A stretch of DNA of 64,000 bases, taken from positions 82,710,001 through 82,774,000 of the forward strand of contig CM059432.1 in assembly GCA_030390025.1 (NCBI GenBank), in the 5' to 3' direction. Positions 1-11,009 of the stretch are shown piece by piece. Position 1 is the stretch's first letter; the number at the start of each line of letters is the position of its first letter. The notes under the pieces are model-generated. The model had not been told where the DNA came from. It saw only the letters and a program-made list of their open reading frames with translations, and ran no database searches. The stretch comes from Squalus acanthias. Lineage: Eukaryota. Made by a program: the position numbers and the translations under genes.

Positions 1-114
1 ACAGCTGAAGTGCCCATTCTAAGTGAGCTTAGATACTAGCCATTGAAGTCTCATCCTGTCTTCTCCCCATGCACTTTCCAATAGTAGTCAGTAGATAATA
101 AATGCATACAGGAA

Positions 115-313
115 TATAAACAGAAAATGCTGGAAATACCAGGCAGGTCAGGCAGCTTCTGTGGAGAGAGAAACAGAGTTAACGTTTCAGGTCGATGACC
201 CTTCGTCAGAACCAGTTCTCTCTCCACAGATGCTGCCTGACCTGCTGAGTATTTCCAGCATTTTCTGTTTTTATTTCAGATTTCCAGCATCCGCAGTATT
301 TTGCTTTTGTAGT
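115..313. mobile_element. Penelope-like (PLE) terminal-repeat-derived fold-back element
   Basis: Inverted arms (AAACAGAAAATGCTGGAAATA... / ...TATTTCCAGCATTTTCTGTTT). Hammerhead core on the minus strand. Flanking duplication AATGCA(T/A)ACAGGAA at 101-114 and 314-327. Confidence 0.75.
178..212 (-). ncRNA. Minimal type-I hammerhead ribozyme motif
   Basis: Minus strand reads GTT-CTGACGA-AG-GGTC-ATC-GACC-T-GAAA-CGTT-AAC: CUGANGA and GAAA cores, stem II, palindromic ACGU helix III, and a GUU/AAC helix I. Confidence 0.7.
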
Positions 314-1384
314 AATGCAAACAGGAACCCTGGCCATTTTTTATAGCAGCAAATTTGTTGACCAGCGAGCCTCTGGTCTATATAGTTTAGCGCCACACAA
401 CATAGAACATTGACCCTCTGAGTCATCAGAGAGAGCCTTTGTTTTTGTACGGTATATTGGAATATTTAACAGTCCCACATCTATGCAAAGTTAGGCAATC
501 TCTGGGCATTTCCATCATTACTTTTTTATGGCTGACTGACTTGCTTTCCAAATCAATAACTTGAGCAGAAGTGCAGGTAATGCCCTCGGTGGCTTATTAG
601 TTGGCTGAGTGTCTCATATTGTGCTTCAACATGTGACAAAAAATAAGTCAAATTAAGGTTGATTTTGCCTGCAAGAATTAGTGAGATAATTACAGCTGTT
701 GTTTTTGTCTTGGGCAAACCAGACTATATAATTTGTTTGTTACATTTTATAAAAGGAATGACCTACACGTGGATTGTCTGTGGTGAGATTTAACCCTCGG
801 AGAGATGCCTTGGGTAGAACACTTCACACTGACTCCCAGTTTCTATGAGCACGGAATTTCATGGCCATGTTAAGTGGTCAAATAAAGTTGCAAAGTTTCA
901 AATATTTATGCTCGAAGCACAAATTTATAAAGGTATTTAATTTTAAATCAGTTATAGAATTCTGTAATACAAAAATGTTCCAAAAACATGGCATGGTAAT
1001 GAAAAAAGGTCTATTATTTTGCTGTCCATTTATCGTGGCATTGCTCTGGTATTTTCCTAGACAGCATTTATATTTAACCCTTGCAGATGTATTTAGATGG
1101 GAGAATAAAACATTTACATTATGCTAGCTCTAAACTTAATGCAAATGTAGTGAAAATGTGTTTTACTCCTCTCCTCTTCTCCTTTTCTGCCCCAGTCTTA
1201 GCCAACATTTTTCACTTGTATGTTTCTCTTCACACAAAGAGTGATCAACACATGGAATGAACCTTCAGGTAGGATATTAGAGGCAAAAAGCCTAGGAACA
1301 ACGTTTTTTTCTGCAATGTGAGGAACTCCTGGATTCTACCATGTTCAAAATTGAAGCCATTCAATATTTGCTTCTGCCTCCTCC

Positions 1385-1700
1385 GGCTACCTCTCAACTA
1401 CCGCTTTCCCACAACACCAGTCACAGTCACAAATCACACCCTGTGCGGTTGTGACTGTGGTTCTCTGTCTCTCCTCATCCTCCTCTTCAACCTCTGAACT
1501 GCCTTTGACATTGTTGACCATTTCATCCTCCTTCAACATGTCTGCTTTGGTGTCCACCTCCATGGCACTGCTCATTCCTGGCTCCACTCATAGTTGTCAC
1601 AACATGATATTGTATCATCTCCAGTGACTTCTCCTTCTCTGCACACACAGTCACTTCCAGTGTACCACAGACCTCCATCTCTGGTCCCCTTCTTACAAGT
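1385..1700 (+). mobile_element. Old L2-like LINE RT fragment (5' half; continues at 7239)
   Basis: Decayed RT motifs resembling L-D-L-S-x-A-F-D-x-V-D-H and G-V-P-Q-G-S-x-L-G-P. The YADDTQLY-like continuation lies at 7260-7295. Confidence 0.55.
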
Positions 1701-1703
1701 TAC

Positions 1704-3062
1704 CACTTGGACAATCCTAGTAACTACAGGCTGGTCAGTTTAACAGTGGTGGGTAAAGTTTTAGAAACAATAATCAAGGAAAAAATTAACGGGCACTTGG
1801 AGAGGTTTAAGCTAATTAAGGAGAGCCACCATAGATTTGTAAAAGGCAGATCATGTTTGACTAATCTAACTGAATTTTTTGATGAAGTGACAGGGAGGAT
1901 CGATGAAGGGAATGTAATGGATGTTGTCTACATCGATTTTAGGAAGGCGTTTGATTTAGTACCACATAGAAGACTGGTTAACAAAATTGAGGCTCATGGA
2001 ATAGGTGGGTCAGTGGCAGCTTGGATAAGGAATTGGCTTGAAGACAGAAAATGGCTGGTAAATGGCTGTTTTTCAGACTGGAGGATGGTAGATAGTGGTG
2101 TTCCACAAGGGTCAGTGCTGGGGCCACTGCTTTTTTTGATATATATAAATGACCTGGATATTAGAATAGAATAGAATTTCTAAATTTGCCGCTGACACCA
2201 AACTTGAGGGTGTGGCAAACAGTGAGGATGATACCAATCGACTGCAACAGGACATAGAAAGGCTAGCAGAATGGGTAGACAAGTGACAGATGGAATTTAA
2301 TACAGAGAAGTGTGAGGTGATGCATTTTGGAAGAAGGAACAGGGAGAGGCAATATACATATAATGGCACAGTTTTAAAGAGTGTGCAGGGACGGAGGGAC
2401 CTGGGAGTTAATGTGCATAGGTCCCTGAAGGTGGCAGGACATATTGAGAGAGTGGTTAACAAAGCATATGGGATTTCGGGCTTCATAAATAGAGGTATTG
2501 AGTACAAAAGTAGAGAAGTTATGCTGAATCTTTATAAAGCGCTGGTTAGGCCACAATTGGAGTATTGCATCCAGTTCTGGTCACCACACTTTAGGAACGA
2601 TGTGAGGCCCTTGACAGGGTGCAGATTAGATTTATCAGAATGGTTCCGGGATGGGGGATCTTAGCTACAAGGACAGGTTGGAGAAGCTGGATTTGTTTTC
2701 ATTAGAGCAAAGGAGGTTGAGGTGTACAAGATTATGATGGGTTTGGATAGGCTAGACGGGGAAAGCTGTTCCCACTAGTTGATGGTACAAGGACTAGGGG
2801 ACACAGATTTAAGGTTTTGGGCAAGAGAGGAAAAACCTCTTTACGCAGCGAGTGGTGAGGACCTGGAACTCGCTGCTGACGGAAGTGGTGGAAGCGGACA
2901 CACTCAATGTTTTCAAGAGGAGACTGGATAGGCACTTGAGGGAAATAAACTTGCAGGGCTACGGGGATAGAGCGGGGGAATGGGACTGACTGGATTGCTC
3001 TACAGAGAGTTGGCACGGACTCGATGGGCCAAATGGCCTCCTTTTGTGCGTTATGACTCTAT
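1704..3062 (+). mobile_element. 5'-truncated CR1 LINE, (GACTCTAT)n-tail subfamily; tail completed at 7228-7238
   Basis: ORFs 1707-2174 and 2290-2664 carry NYRx[23 protein letters not shown] and LVRPQLEYC. 3' UTR hairpin followed by TTATGACTCTAT. Confidence 0.92.
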
Positions 3063-3573
3063 GGGGTAAAAATTCAGCTGGTTGCGCCTCCCGTTAGGGC
3101 CTTAAGAGGGCGCTAATGGGGCGCAAAGCCGCTAACGCCCGGGCGCAGTGATGTTTGCGCCACTCGGGAACTTAACTAGACATTGTGCGGCGGCGCTAAA
3201 CTTTACCGCTGCGACCACCTGCGCACGCAGATTGTGACGTCATTCCATGGTGCAACGCCCTTGTGGCGCCCCGGAGCAGAAATTGAGTGGCGCCCCCTGC
3301 CTTACCACCTGGCGCATCCAACGACCGGAAGACTGGAACGCTATCACTCGCTGTGGGGCTGGGGGGGGCGCTATTTAAAGGGGGCCTCTTCCTGTCTTTT
3401 TCTGAGATTGACATTTTTGCACCACTCGTTCTGAGAGAGAGAGAGAGATTCGGAGAGAGAGAAAGAGAGACTTCTGCATTGACTCAACGCTTTGTGAGGT
3501 AGTTTTGCCTACTGATCCTAACTTCGCTAGTACTTTGGTTGCTGTCCTTCATAACTTTGCTTGCCAAGAGATT

Positions 3574-4734
3574 ATGGGGGCTGCACTGATTGGGGGCGTC
3601 GTCCTGCTCCAGCTGAATCGGAGGACACAGAGACGCAGAGAGAGAGTGGCAATGATGGCCAGACGGAGGAGGGCCAACAGGTGTATGTACATGAGAGCTT
3701 ACCCTCCCAGGGTATATCGTGAACAGCTCTCCTACATTCATATGTCTGAGGAGCTGTGTTTGCGAAGGCTGCGATTCAGCAAGGAGGTGGTCACTGAGCT
3801 CTGCCACCTGCTGCAGCCAGATCTGCAGCCTCAACTGAGGTCCAGGACGTCTCTGTCTGTGGCAGTGAAGGTCACAGTGGCTCTCAACTTCTATGCTACT
3901 GGCTCATTTCAAGCTGCTGCTGGGGACCTCGCCAATATCTCCCAGTTCGCGGTGCATTGCTGCATCCGGCAGGTCACAAATGCCCTCTTTAAAAGGAGAC
4001 GAGAGTTCATCTCTTTCCCCATGACCCCAGACAAGCAGCGTGACCGCGCTCTGGGCTTTGCGAGGATAGTGGGCTTCCCCATGGTGCAGGGCGCCATTGA
4101 CTGCACGCATGTGGCTTTGCGTGCTCCACATGAGAATGCCGAGGAATTCCGGAACAGAAAGGGGTTCCATTCCTTGAATGTTCAGTTGGTCTGTGACCAC
4201 AGACAGCTGATACTCGCTGTCAATGCCCACTATCCTGGCAGCTGCCACGATGCTTTTATCCTGCGCCAGACTACTGTGGCAGAACTTTTCGAGGCACCGC
4301 ATCAGCCAGTTGGTTGGCTTCTCGGGGACAAGGGGTATCCATTGAGCACCTGGCTGATGACACCGCTCCGTACGCCCAACACCCCTGCTGAGCTGCGGTA
4401 CAATGAGAGCCATCAAGCTACCAGGAACATCATTGAGCGCACAATCGGCGTGCTGAAGCAACGGTTCCACTGTCTCGACCATTCTGGAGGAGCCCTGCAG
4501 TACTCGCCTGAGCGAGTATCCAACTTCGTAGTTGTGTGCTGCATGTTGCATAACATGGCAATCGTCAGGACCCAGCCAATGCCACCAGGCCTTGGAGCAC
4601 TACCAGAGGAGGAGGAGGAAGAGGAGGAAGAGGACGAGGAGGATGATCATCAGCAGCACCAAGGCGGGAGGGCGGCCCACAATGGTGAAACTGCAAGGGC
4701 CGTCCGTCAACGGCTGATAGCAAGCCGCTTCTAG
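3574..4734 (+). CDS. Harbinger (HARBI1-like) DDE transposase, 386 aa from the first ATG, intact ORF
   Basis: Motifs GAIDCTH, NRKGFHSLNVQLVCD, PGSCHDAFIL, LLGDKGY, RNIIERTIGVLKQRF, CCMLHN and an acidic tail. The ATG at 3574 (MGAA) is matched by MGAL in the decayed copy at 57740. Confidence 0.93.
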   Translation: MGAALIGGVVLLQLNRRTQRRRERVAMMARRRRANRCMYMRAYPPRVYREQLSYIHMSEELCLRRLRFSKEVVTELCHLLQPDLQPQLRSRTSLSVAVKVTVALNFYATGSFQAAAGDLANISQFAVHCCIRQVTNALFKRRREFISFPMTPDKQRDRALGFARIVGFPMVQGAIDCTHVALRAPHENAEEFRNRKGFHSLNVQLVCDHRQLILAVNAHYPGSCHDAFILRQTTVAELFEAPHQPVGWLLGDKGYPLSTWLMTPLRTPNTPAELRYNESHQATRNIIERTIGVLKQRFHCLDHSGGALQYSPERVSNFVVVCCMLHNMAIVRTQPMPPGLGALPEEEEEEEEEDEEDDHQQHQGGRAAHNGETARAVRQRLIASRF

Positions 4735-5045
4735 GGCCCCTGCTGTGGAAATGGCTTCTGCCATTGCTAACAACATCAATGAACCCAGCACGCAACCCCT
4801 AAGCCGGCCAAGGCACCAATAATTCCAAACACCAAACATGTATATTTTGAATACAAAAACTTATTTATTTTACAAACTCTGTGTGTGTCATTTCTCATGA
4901 CAAACTCATAGAAATAAACACAAAAAAACAGTCAATAACATAACTGGTTCTCACAACCTGGAGATAATGTCCAAAACACTAAACAAAAGTTGGACCACGA
5001 ACCTCGGCCTTTAATAAAAAAATGACCAGCATTTTGTCACACCTC

Positions 5046-6866
5046 CTACTTTTTGCCCTTCGAGGGTGATCTCCTTCCCTTGCGCACTTCCCCCCTTCTA
5101 ACCCTACTGCTCCTCCGTAATGGGACCTCAGTGGCTGCAGCAAGGCTGGTGGAAGGCTGCTGATCGTCAGACCCTGACACTGCAGATGCCCCTGAAGGAC
5201 GGCCTCGACCAGTTCTGGGCCTGGAGGGCCCGGCTGCAGACTGCACCAACTCTGCATGGGCGGCAGCAGTCTGTCCTACAGGCGGTGGCAAGTGCAGTGG
5301 AGAAGTGACAGTGTTGGCAGCAGGAATGCTGTCATCGTGAGAGAGGACAGCAACTCCCTGCTCGCCCGACACACTGGCACTCCCACGGGGCAGCACTTCA
5401 GCATCCGGAGCAATCTGCTGGAGCACAGATTGCTGGCCTGCTGCGGCGCGGTGAGAGCCCCGGGGACATGTGAACGAACCATCGAGGTTGGCAGCAGTCA
5501 GTGCTCGCGTGGCCTCAATCTGAGTCTGCATGAGAGCAGTCAGAGATGGGATCACGGCAGCCAGTGACTGAATTGCAGCACTAAGCGTTAGTGTGGCATC
5601 CGCCTGTGCTACAGCGAAGTGCTCCACACTCCTTGCCAGTGACTCAATGCATTCGGGCACCCTTCCCACTGCACCCATGAGCTCAGTGTGCATGCCCACC
5701 ACCTGGGTGTTCATTTCTGCGATCAGCCGCTCCTCCTCTGCGTCCATTGCAGTAGGAGTCTCTGGCATACTCTCCCTCTGGGGAGAAGGCCCCCGTTCTT
5801 CCCTACCCCCATGGCGTTGCTGCAGCCCACTGGGTCCTGGAGCTTCACCCTCATCAGACCCTTCCCCCCTGCTCCCCTCCAGGGAAGGCGTGTTCCCAGT
5901 GTGGGCATGGGCTTCCTCGGGAGAGGGTGGCACTGATGCTCCGGCTTCCTCTTCCTCCTCGGCTGCAGCTTCACTCCCAGTGGCAGCTTCAGGGCCCGTC
6001 TCCTCAGCTGGTGAATCACCATCTGAAAGCAGGGAGGTACAAGAGTGGCTTTAGTGTGAGGACAGGGTGGCAGTAAGGGAGGAATAAGTGCAGCGAGTTA
6101 GCAAGTTGGATTGAAAGTGTCAAAGGCTGGTGTTGTGAGGGACAAGTGGAAGGACAGAGGACAAAAAGGTGATGACCTTACCATTGCTGTCCAGAACGGG
6201 GTCGGCGTCTCCAGTGGCGACGGGACCGATCACCTGGCTTGCCACAATCCTGTGGACGCGCTCCTCAAGATCGCTGAGGGGTTGCAGCTGAGGCCGCCCT
6301 CCACCTGTCCGTTGCTGCTGTCTCCGATTATGCGCCAGCTTGGCCTGCAAGAAAAAGGACAGCATCTGAGTAAATATACAGCCATGGTCTTGCCTGATGT
6401 GCCTCCCATAGGTGAATAGCCCTTACTGTATGCAGCCATTGTCTTGCCTGATGTGCCTCCCATAGGTGAATAGCCCTTACTGTATGCAAAGTGTGGAATG
6501 TGTGTGTGTGTTTCATGAAAGGGCCATAGGTGTTGCATGAGTGTTGTTAATTGGGGTTTTAAGACCCTCTGGCCATAGAGTGAGGTTGAGATGGAGGGAT
6601 GGAGAGGTATTGAGAAAAAGCCACTCACCCTGACGACCCGAGTGAGGTCGTTGAACTTTTTCCGGCATTGTACATGGGTCCTGGGCACCATGCTCCTGCA
6701 GGAGACGCTCTGAGCCACCTCCCTCCACACTCTTCTGTACTCGCGCTGGCAAAGGCCTCCTGCCACTCTCAGGGAAGAGTATAGATCTTCTGCGCTCCAC
6801 CGCGCCAACCAGAGCATCCAAGGCCCGCTCGCTGAAGCGCTGAGCTCGTTCTCTCACCCTCTCCAA
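5046..6866 (-). pseudogene. Harbinger Myb/SANT-like (trihelix) partner gene; exons 6866-6629, 6344-6182, 6022-5046
   Basis: Motif RF..RAL..LV..VERRR..LF...W.EVA......RT..QCRKKFNDL. GT-AG introns in phase 0 and phase 1. Start codon is TTG (ATG in copy B), and exon 1 has a +1 insertion near 6746. Confidence 0.85.
6376..6483. repeat. 54-bp tandem repeat x2 in Myb gene intron 1
   Basis: Unit ATACAGCCATGGTCTTGCCTGATGTGCCTCCCATAGGTGAATAGCCCTTACTGT. Confidence 0.95.
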
Positions 6867-7238
6867 GTCCTTGGCTGCAAAATGTAATCACAGGTCTCTC
6901 CAGGTCGAGATTCAAGGCTGCAATGAGCAGGGTGTGGCTGAGAGCAAGATCGACCCCCCCCGCTTTAAGAACTGGCCGGCGCCAGTGTGTCTGTGTTCCC
7001 TCGCTAACTGGCAGCACCTGCGCTGCGCTCGCGCGCTGAGTTAGCGCCTCACTGCTCGGCCTTTGCGCCTTAAGACAGGTGTGCAGCGCCTGATTTAGCG
7101 CTCCACTCACCTCCCGGGGCGGTAAAAGTGAAGTTTCCAGTCAGTGGCGATAATTAGCGCCAGGCGCTAATATTTGCGTCCAGACGATATTTGCGCCCCA
7201 AACGGGGCGCAACCTAATTTTTCCCCCTATGACTCTAT

Positions 7239-7455
7239 CATCCAGAAGCATGGGCTCAATTTCTACATGCATGCTGATGACACCCAACTTTACCTTCTCC
7301 ATAGATCCAAAGGCTGCTGCACCCTGCTCCAACTGCCTATCCGATATCAATACCTTAATCAGCCAAATGTTAGCAAACCTAACACCATCCTCTTTAGCTC
7401 CTGCCAGCATCTATATACCTCTATTCTTGACTCCATCAACCTCCTGGCTGAGTAG
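7239..7455 (+). mobile_element. L2-like LINE fragment (continuation of 1385-1700)
   Basis: Translates to FYMHADDTQLY, a YADDTQLY-like RT motif. Confidence 0.6.
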
Positions 7456-7564
7456 CAACAAGTTTAATGGCCTTTCCCATCCATACCTATCTCATGACCT
7501 TGTAATGTAATGGTTGCACAAAAGCAGAACCATTACTCTGTCTTAGAATCAGTGATGGGATTAC

Positions 7565-7870
7565 CTGATGGTTCAGTAAATAAGTGTACAATGTGGTCTG
7601 CTGCTGAGCCATATAAACCAGGAAAGTTCCAGGTTCAATCCCTGGTCCGTGCTGAGTTTCCCCAGTCACAGTAGCAGTAAGGGCTCTGCAATTAATCTCA
7701 TTACTTAAGACTAACAAATTAAAAACCATCCAGGATTTCTGCTACTGATCGCTATCCAAATAACCCCTGTGGGAATGTGCATGTGTGAGGACCTTGGGTG
7801 AGGACAACATCAGGCTCAGCTGTCACGATGTCCACAGAAATATAACCTGCTATAACTGACAATTTTGTCT
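7565..7870 (+). mobile_element. Ancient tRNA-derived, LF-SINE-like SINE
   Basis: A/B-box-like head (GGTTCAGT...GGTTCAATCCCTGG) followed by GTGCTGAGTT. Related decayed copies near 9380, 23045, 38430-38650, 61270 and 62170-62390. Confidence 0.5.
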
Positions 7871-8654
7871 CACTCAACGTGGATAGCGATTTGGGTGAAA
7901 CACTGGAGGTTGATTAGCACCAACACAACTGTACGCCAGCAGGAGTCACTAGATTAGCCACAGGAACCCTTGCTGATCTCCTCCTTGCCTAATCCAGGGG
8001 GTGCTGAAGCCAATTGTAGTGTTCTTTTGGCATCCCGGCTGAGATCAGCTAACTCAGCATAGACTGGAAATCATCTTGGGACTTTCTGATCTGTGTGACT
8101 CCACTAGTGAAGCTACACTTCACATTCTTATTTAGGGATTGTTCCACAAGGGGTTAAGAGTGCCCACAACAACTTCACTAATCAATACTCAATAACAGTG
8201 CATTTTCTCATCTCTCTTTATTGAAAAACAAGATTTAGCAAAAGAAAATTAGCTGCATGAATAGGTTTGCCTTTTACACACATTGATTTGCTTGGCTCCA
8301 TCAGGCTTGTGGCCTTGTCTAAACCTTTTTTTTTTCTAAATGTTGAATTATACACATTTTCTCTCTGGCACTCTGTTATCAGTATGGCTACTGATAATTA
8401 AATCATTATCCATTCTTTAAAAAGTCCAACAGAGTTTACATGGATGTTACATTTCATTGCTGCAGTGTCATTTTAAGGGCATTAAACTGACTGCAAAAAG
8501 TCCAAAGGTAAAACAAATAGCAAAGCTGTTATTTTAAATTACTGTGCACTCAGAAGATGCAGGAATGTATCTTGTCCATCATATGTTCTCGTCAACAATA
8601 ATTATTTCAAATTTGCTTCTTTTGGGTTTTTTTAGCTGGTTCTTCTGCGGTGCT

Positions 8655-9033
8655 TGGGTTGCCAACACTTCAGGATTGCCCTGACGTCTCCAGGAGTTAA
8701 AGACTAAGCTCCAGGACACTGCTGCAAGCAACCCAGGAGAAAAACCATAAGGGCAATAAAAAATTGTGTTAAAAAAATTCTTTGAATACTTTTGTTCATT
8801 AGTTATAAAAATATCAGACATGGGAAAAAAAGGCTGTTTGCCTGACAGTCAAGAATCATCCAGTTGGCTAATGAAGAGTCTATTTGCTTTCCAATTGGCG
8901 TGGGAAAGGTGGTGCACCGTGTGTATGGACATATTGGGTGGCCAATGGCAGGAGTGTGGGGGCGGGGCAGTTGGAGGATGGAGGTCATGTGATGACACCT
9001 CCAGGAATATGTCCAACCAGAACTGGCAACCCT
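8655..9033. mobile_element. Non-autonomous DNA transposon (MITE), unclassified
   Basis: TIRs GGGTTGCCA (8656) and TGGCAACCC (9024-9032); no coding capacity. Confidence 0.6.
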
Positions 9034-9789
9034 ATACAGTGCACCGAATGCAGTGGAATGGACAAAAACCCGCTTAGCGAGAACGCTCCATCGACTTCAG
9101 TGGAGCATAAAATCGGAAGAGGTATAAAACGGGCGTCCGACCCAACCCCTTCCCATTCTTGCCAGGCAAGTTAGATTAAAATTGCCACCATTGTTTTTTC
9201 CCTTCCATTGCATTAGATTGAAATTACCCTCAATATGTGTAAGGGCAAGCCAACTATGGAAGGGCGGTGGAAGTGTTCAGATCTAACACAGGACAAATTT
9301 TTCTCCACCTTCCAGCTCGTGAAACGGCCCCAAGGATTCAATTTGCCAACTTTTGATAAATGCACCATGTGATGCTGAACATAGCAGCCTAAAAAGGAAG
9401 ATCTCAGGTTTAACCCCTGGTTGAAGTTGTGATCTCAATTAGGGTGCTAATAAAGGACAGCACAATTGGTCTGTGTCCCCAGGGTAGGGAGGGGGAAAAA
9501 AGTCAGCGTCTCTGTCCTGACCGTTGTTCAGTGGCCCCTTCTGAGATGTGCTCAGAGGTTGAGCTTAGTTGTATTCCTGCCAATGTCTTTGACCAGGCTC
9601 ACAAATAAAGAGGGGGCCAGCCTTAAACCAATATGAATCAGCACCTTCAGAAGAACTGGGGAAAAGGGAGAAAATTAGAAAGCAAATTGGAGGAGGAAAA
9701 AGGGCGATTTCCGAAATTAGCAGGACAATGTGAATTTCTAATATCCGTATCAATACAAAACAAGCTATAGCCCTCTAGTTATAGAGACT

Positions 9790-10148
9790 CCAGAGACTTG
9801 AGCACAAAAATCTAGGCTGACACTCCAGTGCACTACTGAGGCGCCATCTTTCGGATGAGACGTTAAACCGAGGCGCCGTCTGCTCTCTCAGGTGGATGTA
9901 AAAGATCTCAAGGCACTATTTCAAAGAAGAGCGGGGGAGATATAATCGGTGTCCTGGCCAATATTTATCCCTCAATCAACATCACTAAAACAGATTATCT
10001 GGTCATTATCCCATTGCTGTTTGTGGGAGCTTTCTGTGTGCAAATTGGCTGCTGTGTTTCCCACATTACAACAGTGACTACATTTCAAAAGTACTTCATT
10101 GGCTGTAAAGTGATTTGAGATGTCCAGAGGTCATGAAAGGCGCTATAT
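9790..10148 (+). mobile_element. Deu-domain SINE (SacSINE1/AmnSINE-like)
   Basis: Core GCC.TCTTTCGGATGAGACGTTAAACCGAGG; closely similar to 51512-51912. Confidence 0.75.
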
Positions 10149-10422
10149 GGAGTCCAAAACTAGAGGTCATTAATATAAGATAGTCACTAATAAATCCAAT
10201 AGGGAATTCAGGAGAAACATCTTTACCCAAAGAGTGGTAAGAATGTGAACTCGCTACCACAAAGATACATTTAGGGGAAGCTAGATAAACACATGAGGGA
10301 GAAAGGAATAGAAGGATATGCTGCTAGTGTTAGATGAAGTAGGGTGAGAGGAAGCTCGTGTGGAGCCAGATTGGCCGAATGGCCTGTTTCTTTGCTGTAG
10401 ACTCGATGTAACTCGATGTAAC
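10149..10422 (+). mobile_element. CR1 3' end fragment
   Basis: RNxFTQRVV-like coding end, 3' UTR GGCCGAATGGCC hairpin, and (ACTCGATGTA)2 tail. Confidence 0.7.
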
Positions 10423-10583
10423 TAGATGGTGAGGCCCATGAGTTAGTGCTTGGATTGAATTCCTCAGAGTCACTCTGGGTTTTTGTGTAAATAACAAAGA
10501 CTATGGAGTGACACCCTGAATGAGTACATTAGAGTTACTCCAAGTATCAGTGTAAATGGCACAGAGGAAGTTACTTCAAGCAG

Positions 10584-11009
10584 AATCATAGAATCATAGA
10601 ATCTTACAACACAGAAGGGGGTCATTCGGACCGTCGTACCGACCCGCTTGCCAGAGGAAACAATTTCTCCCTACTTGCTCTATCAAAACTTCTCATATTT
10701 TTGAATACCTCTATTAGGTCTCCCCTTAGCCTTCTCTGCTCTAAAGAGAAAAATCCCAGCTTCTCCAATCTCTCCACGTAACTGAAGTTCCTCATCCCTG
10801 GTATCATCCTGGTAAACCTCTTCTGTACCCTCTCCAAGGTCTTGACGTCCTTCCTAAAGTGGTGACTAGAATTGGGGACCTAACCAGTGTTTTATAGGTT
10901 TAGTATAACTTCCTTGCTTTAGTACTCTATTCTTCCAATAATAAAGCCAAGGATTCAATATGATTTTTAACAGCCTTCTCAACTTATCCTGCCACCTTCA
11001 AAGGATCTG
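10584..11009 (-). mobile_element. CR1 3' part; continues at 19813-20472 and is split by the 11010-19812 element
   Basis: ERVQKRFTRMIPG...EQRRLRGDLIEVFK; (ATTCTATG)n tail at 10584-10602; the junction GATCTG/GATTTG is continuous with 19810. Confidence 0.85.

Larger units (their letters stand above)
3063..7227 (+). mobile_element. Autonomous-type PIF/Harbinger DNA transposon, copy A
   Basis: TIRs GGGGTAAAAATT / AATTTTTCCCCC. 3-bp TSD TAT at 3060-3062 and 7228-7230. Transposase plus convergent Myb/SANT gene. Confidence 0.95.

Noticed and set aside
3574..4734. Domesticated host HARBI1/NAIF1 genes
   Set aside because: The ORFs are bounded by TIRs and TSDs, are multicopy, and are nested inside LINEs, so they are transposon genes.
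7565..7650. tRNA gene
   Set aside because: Only degenerate A/B boxes of a SINE head are present; no cloverleaf can be formed.
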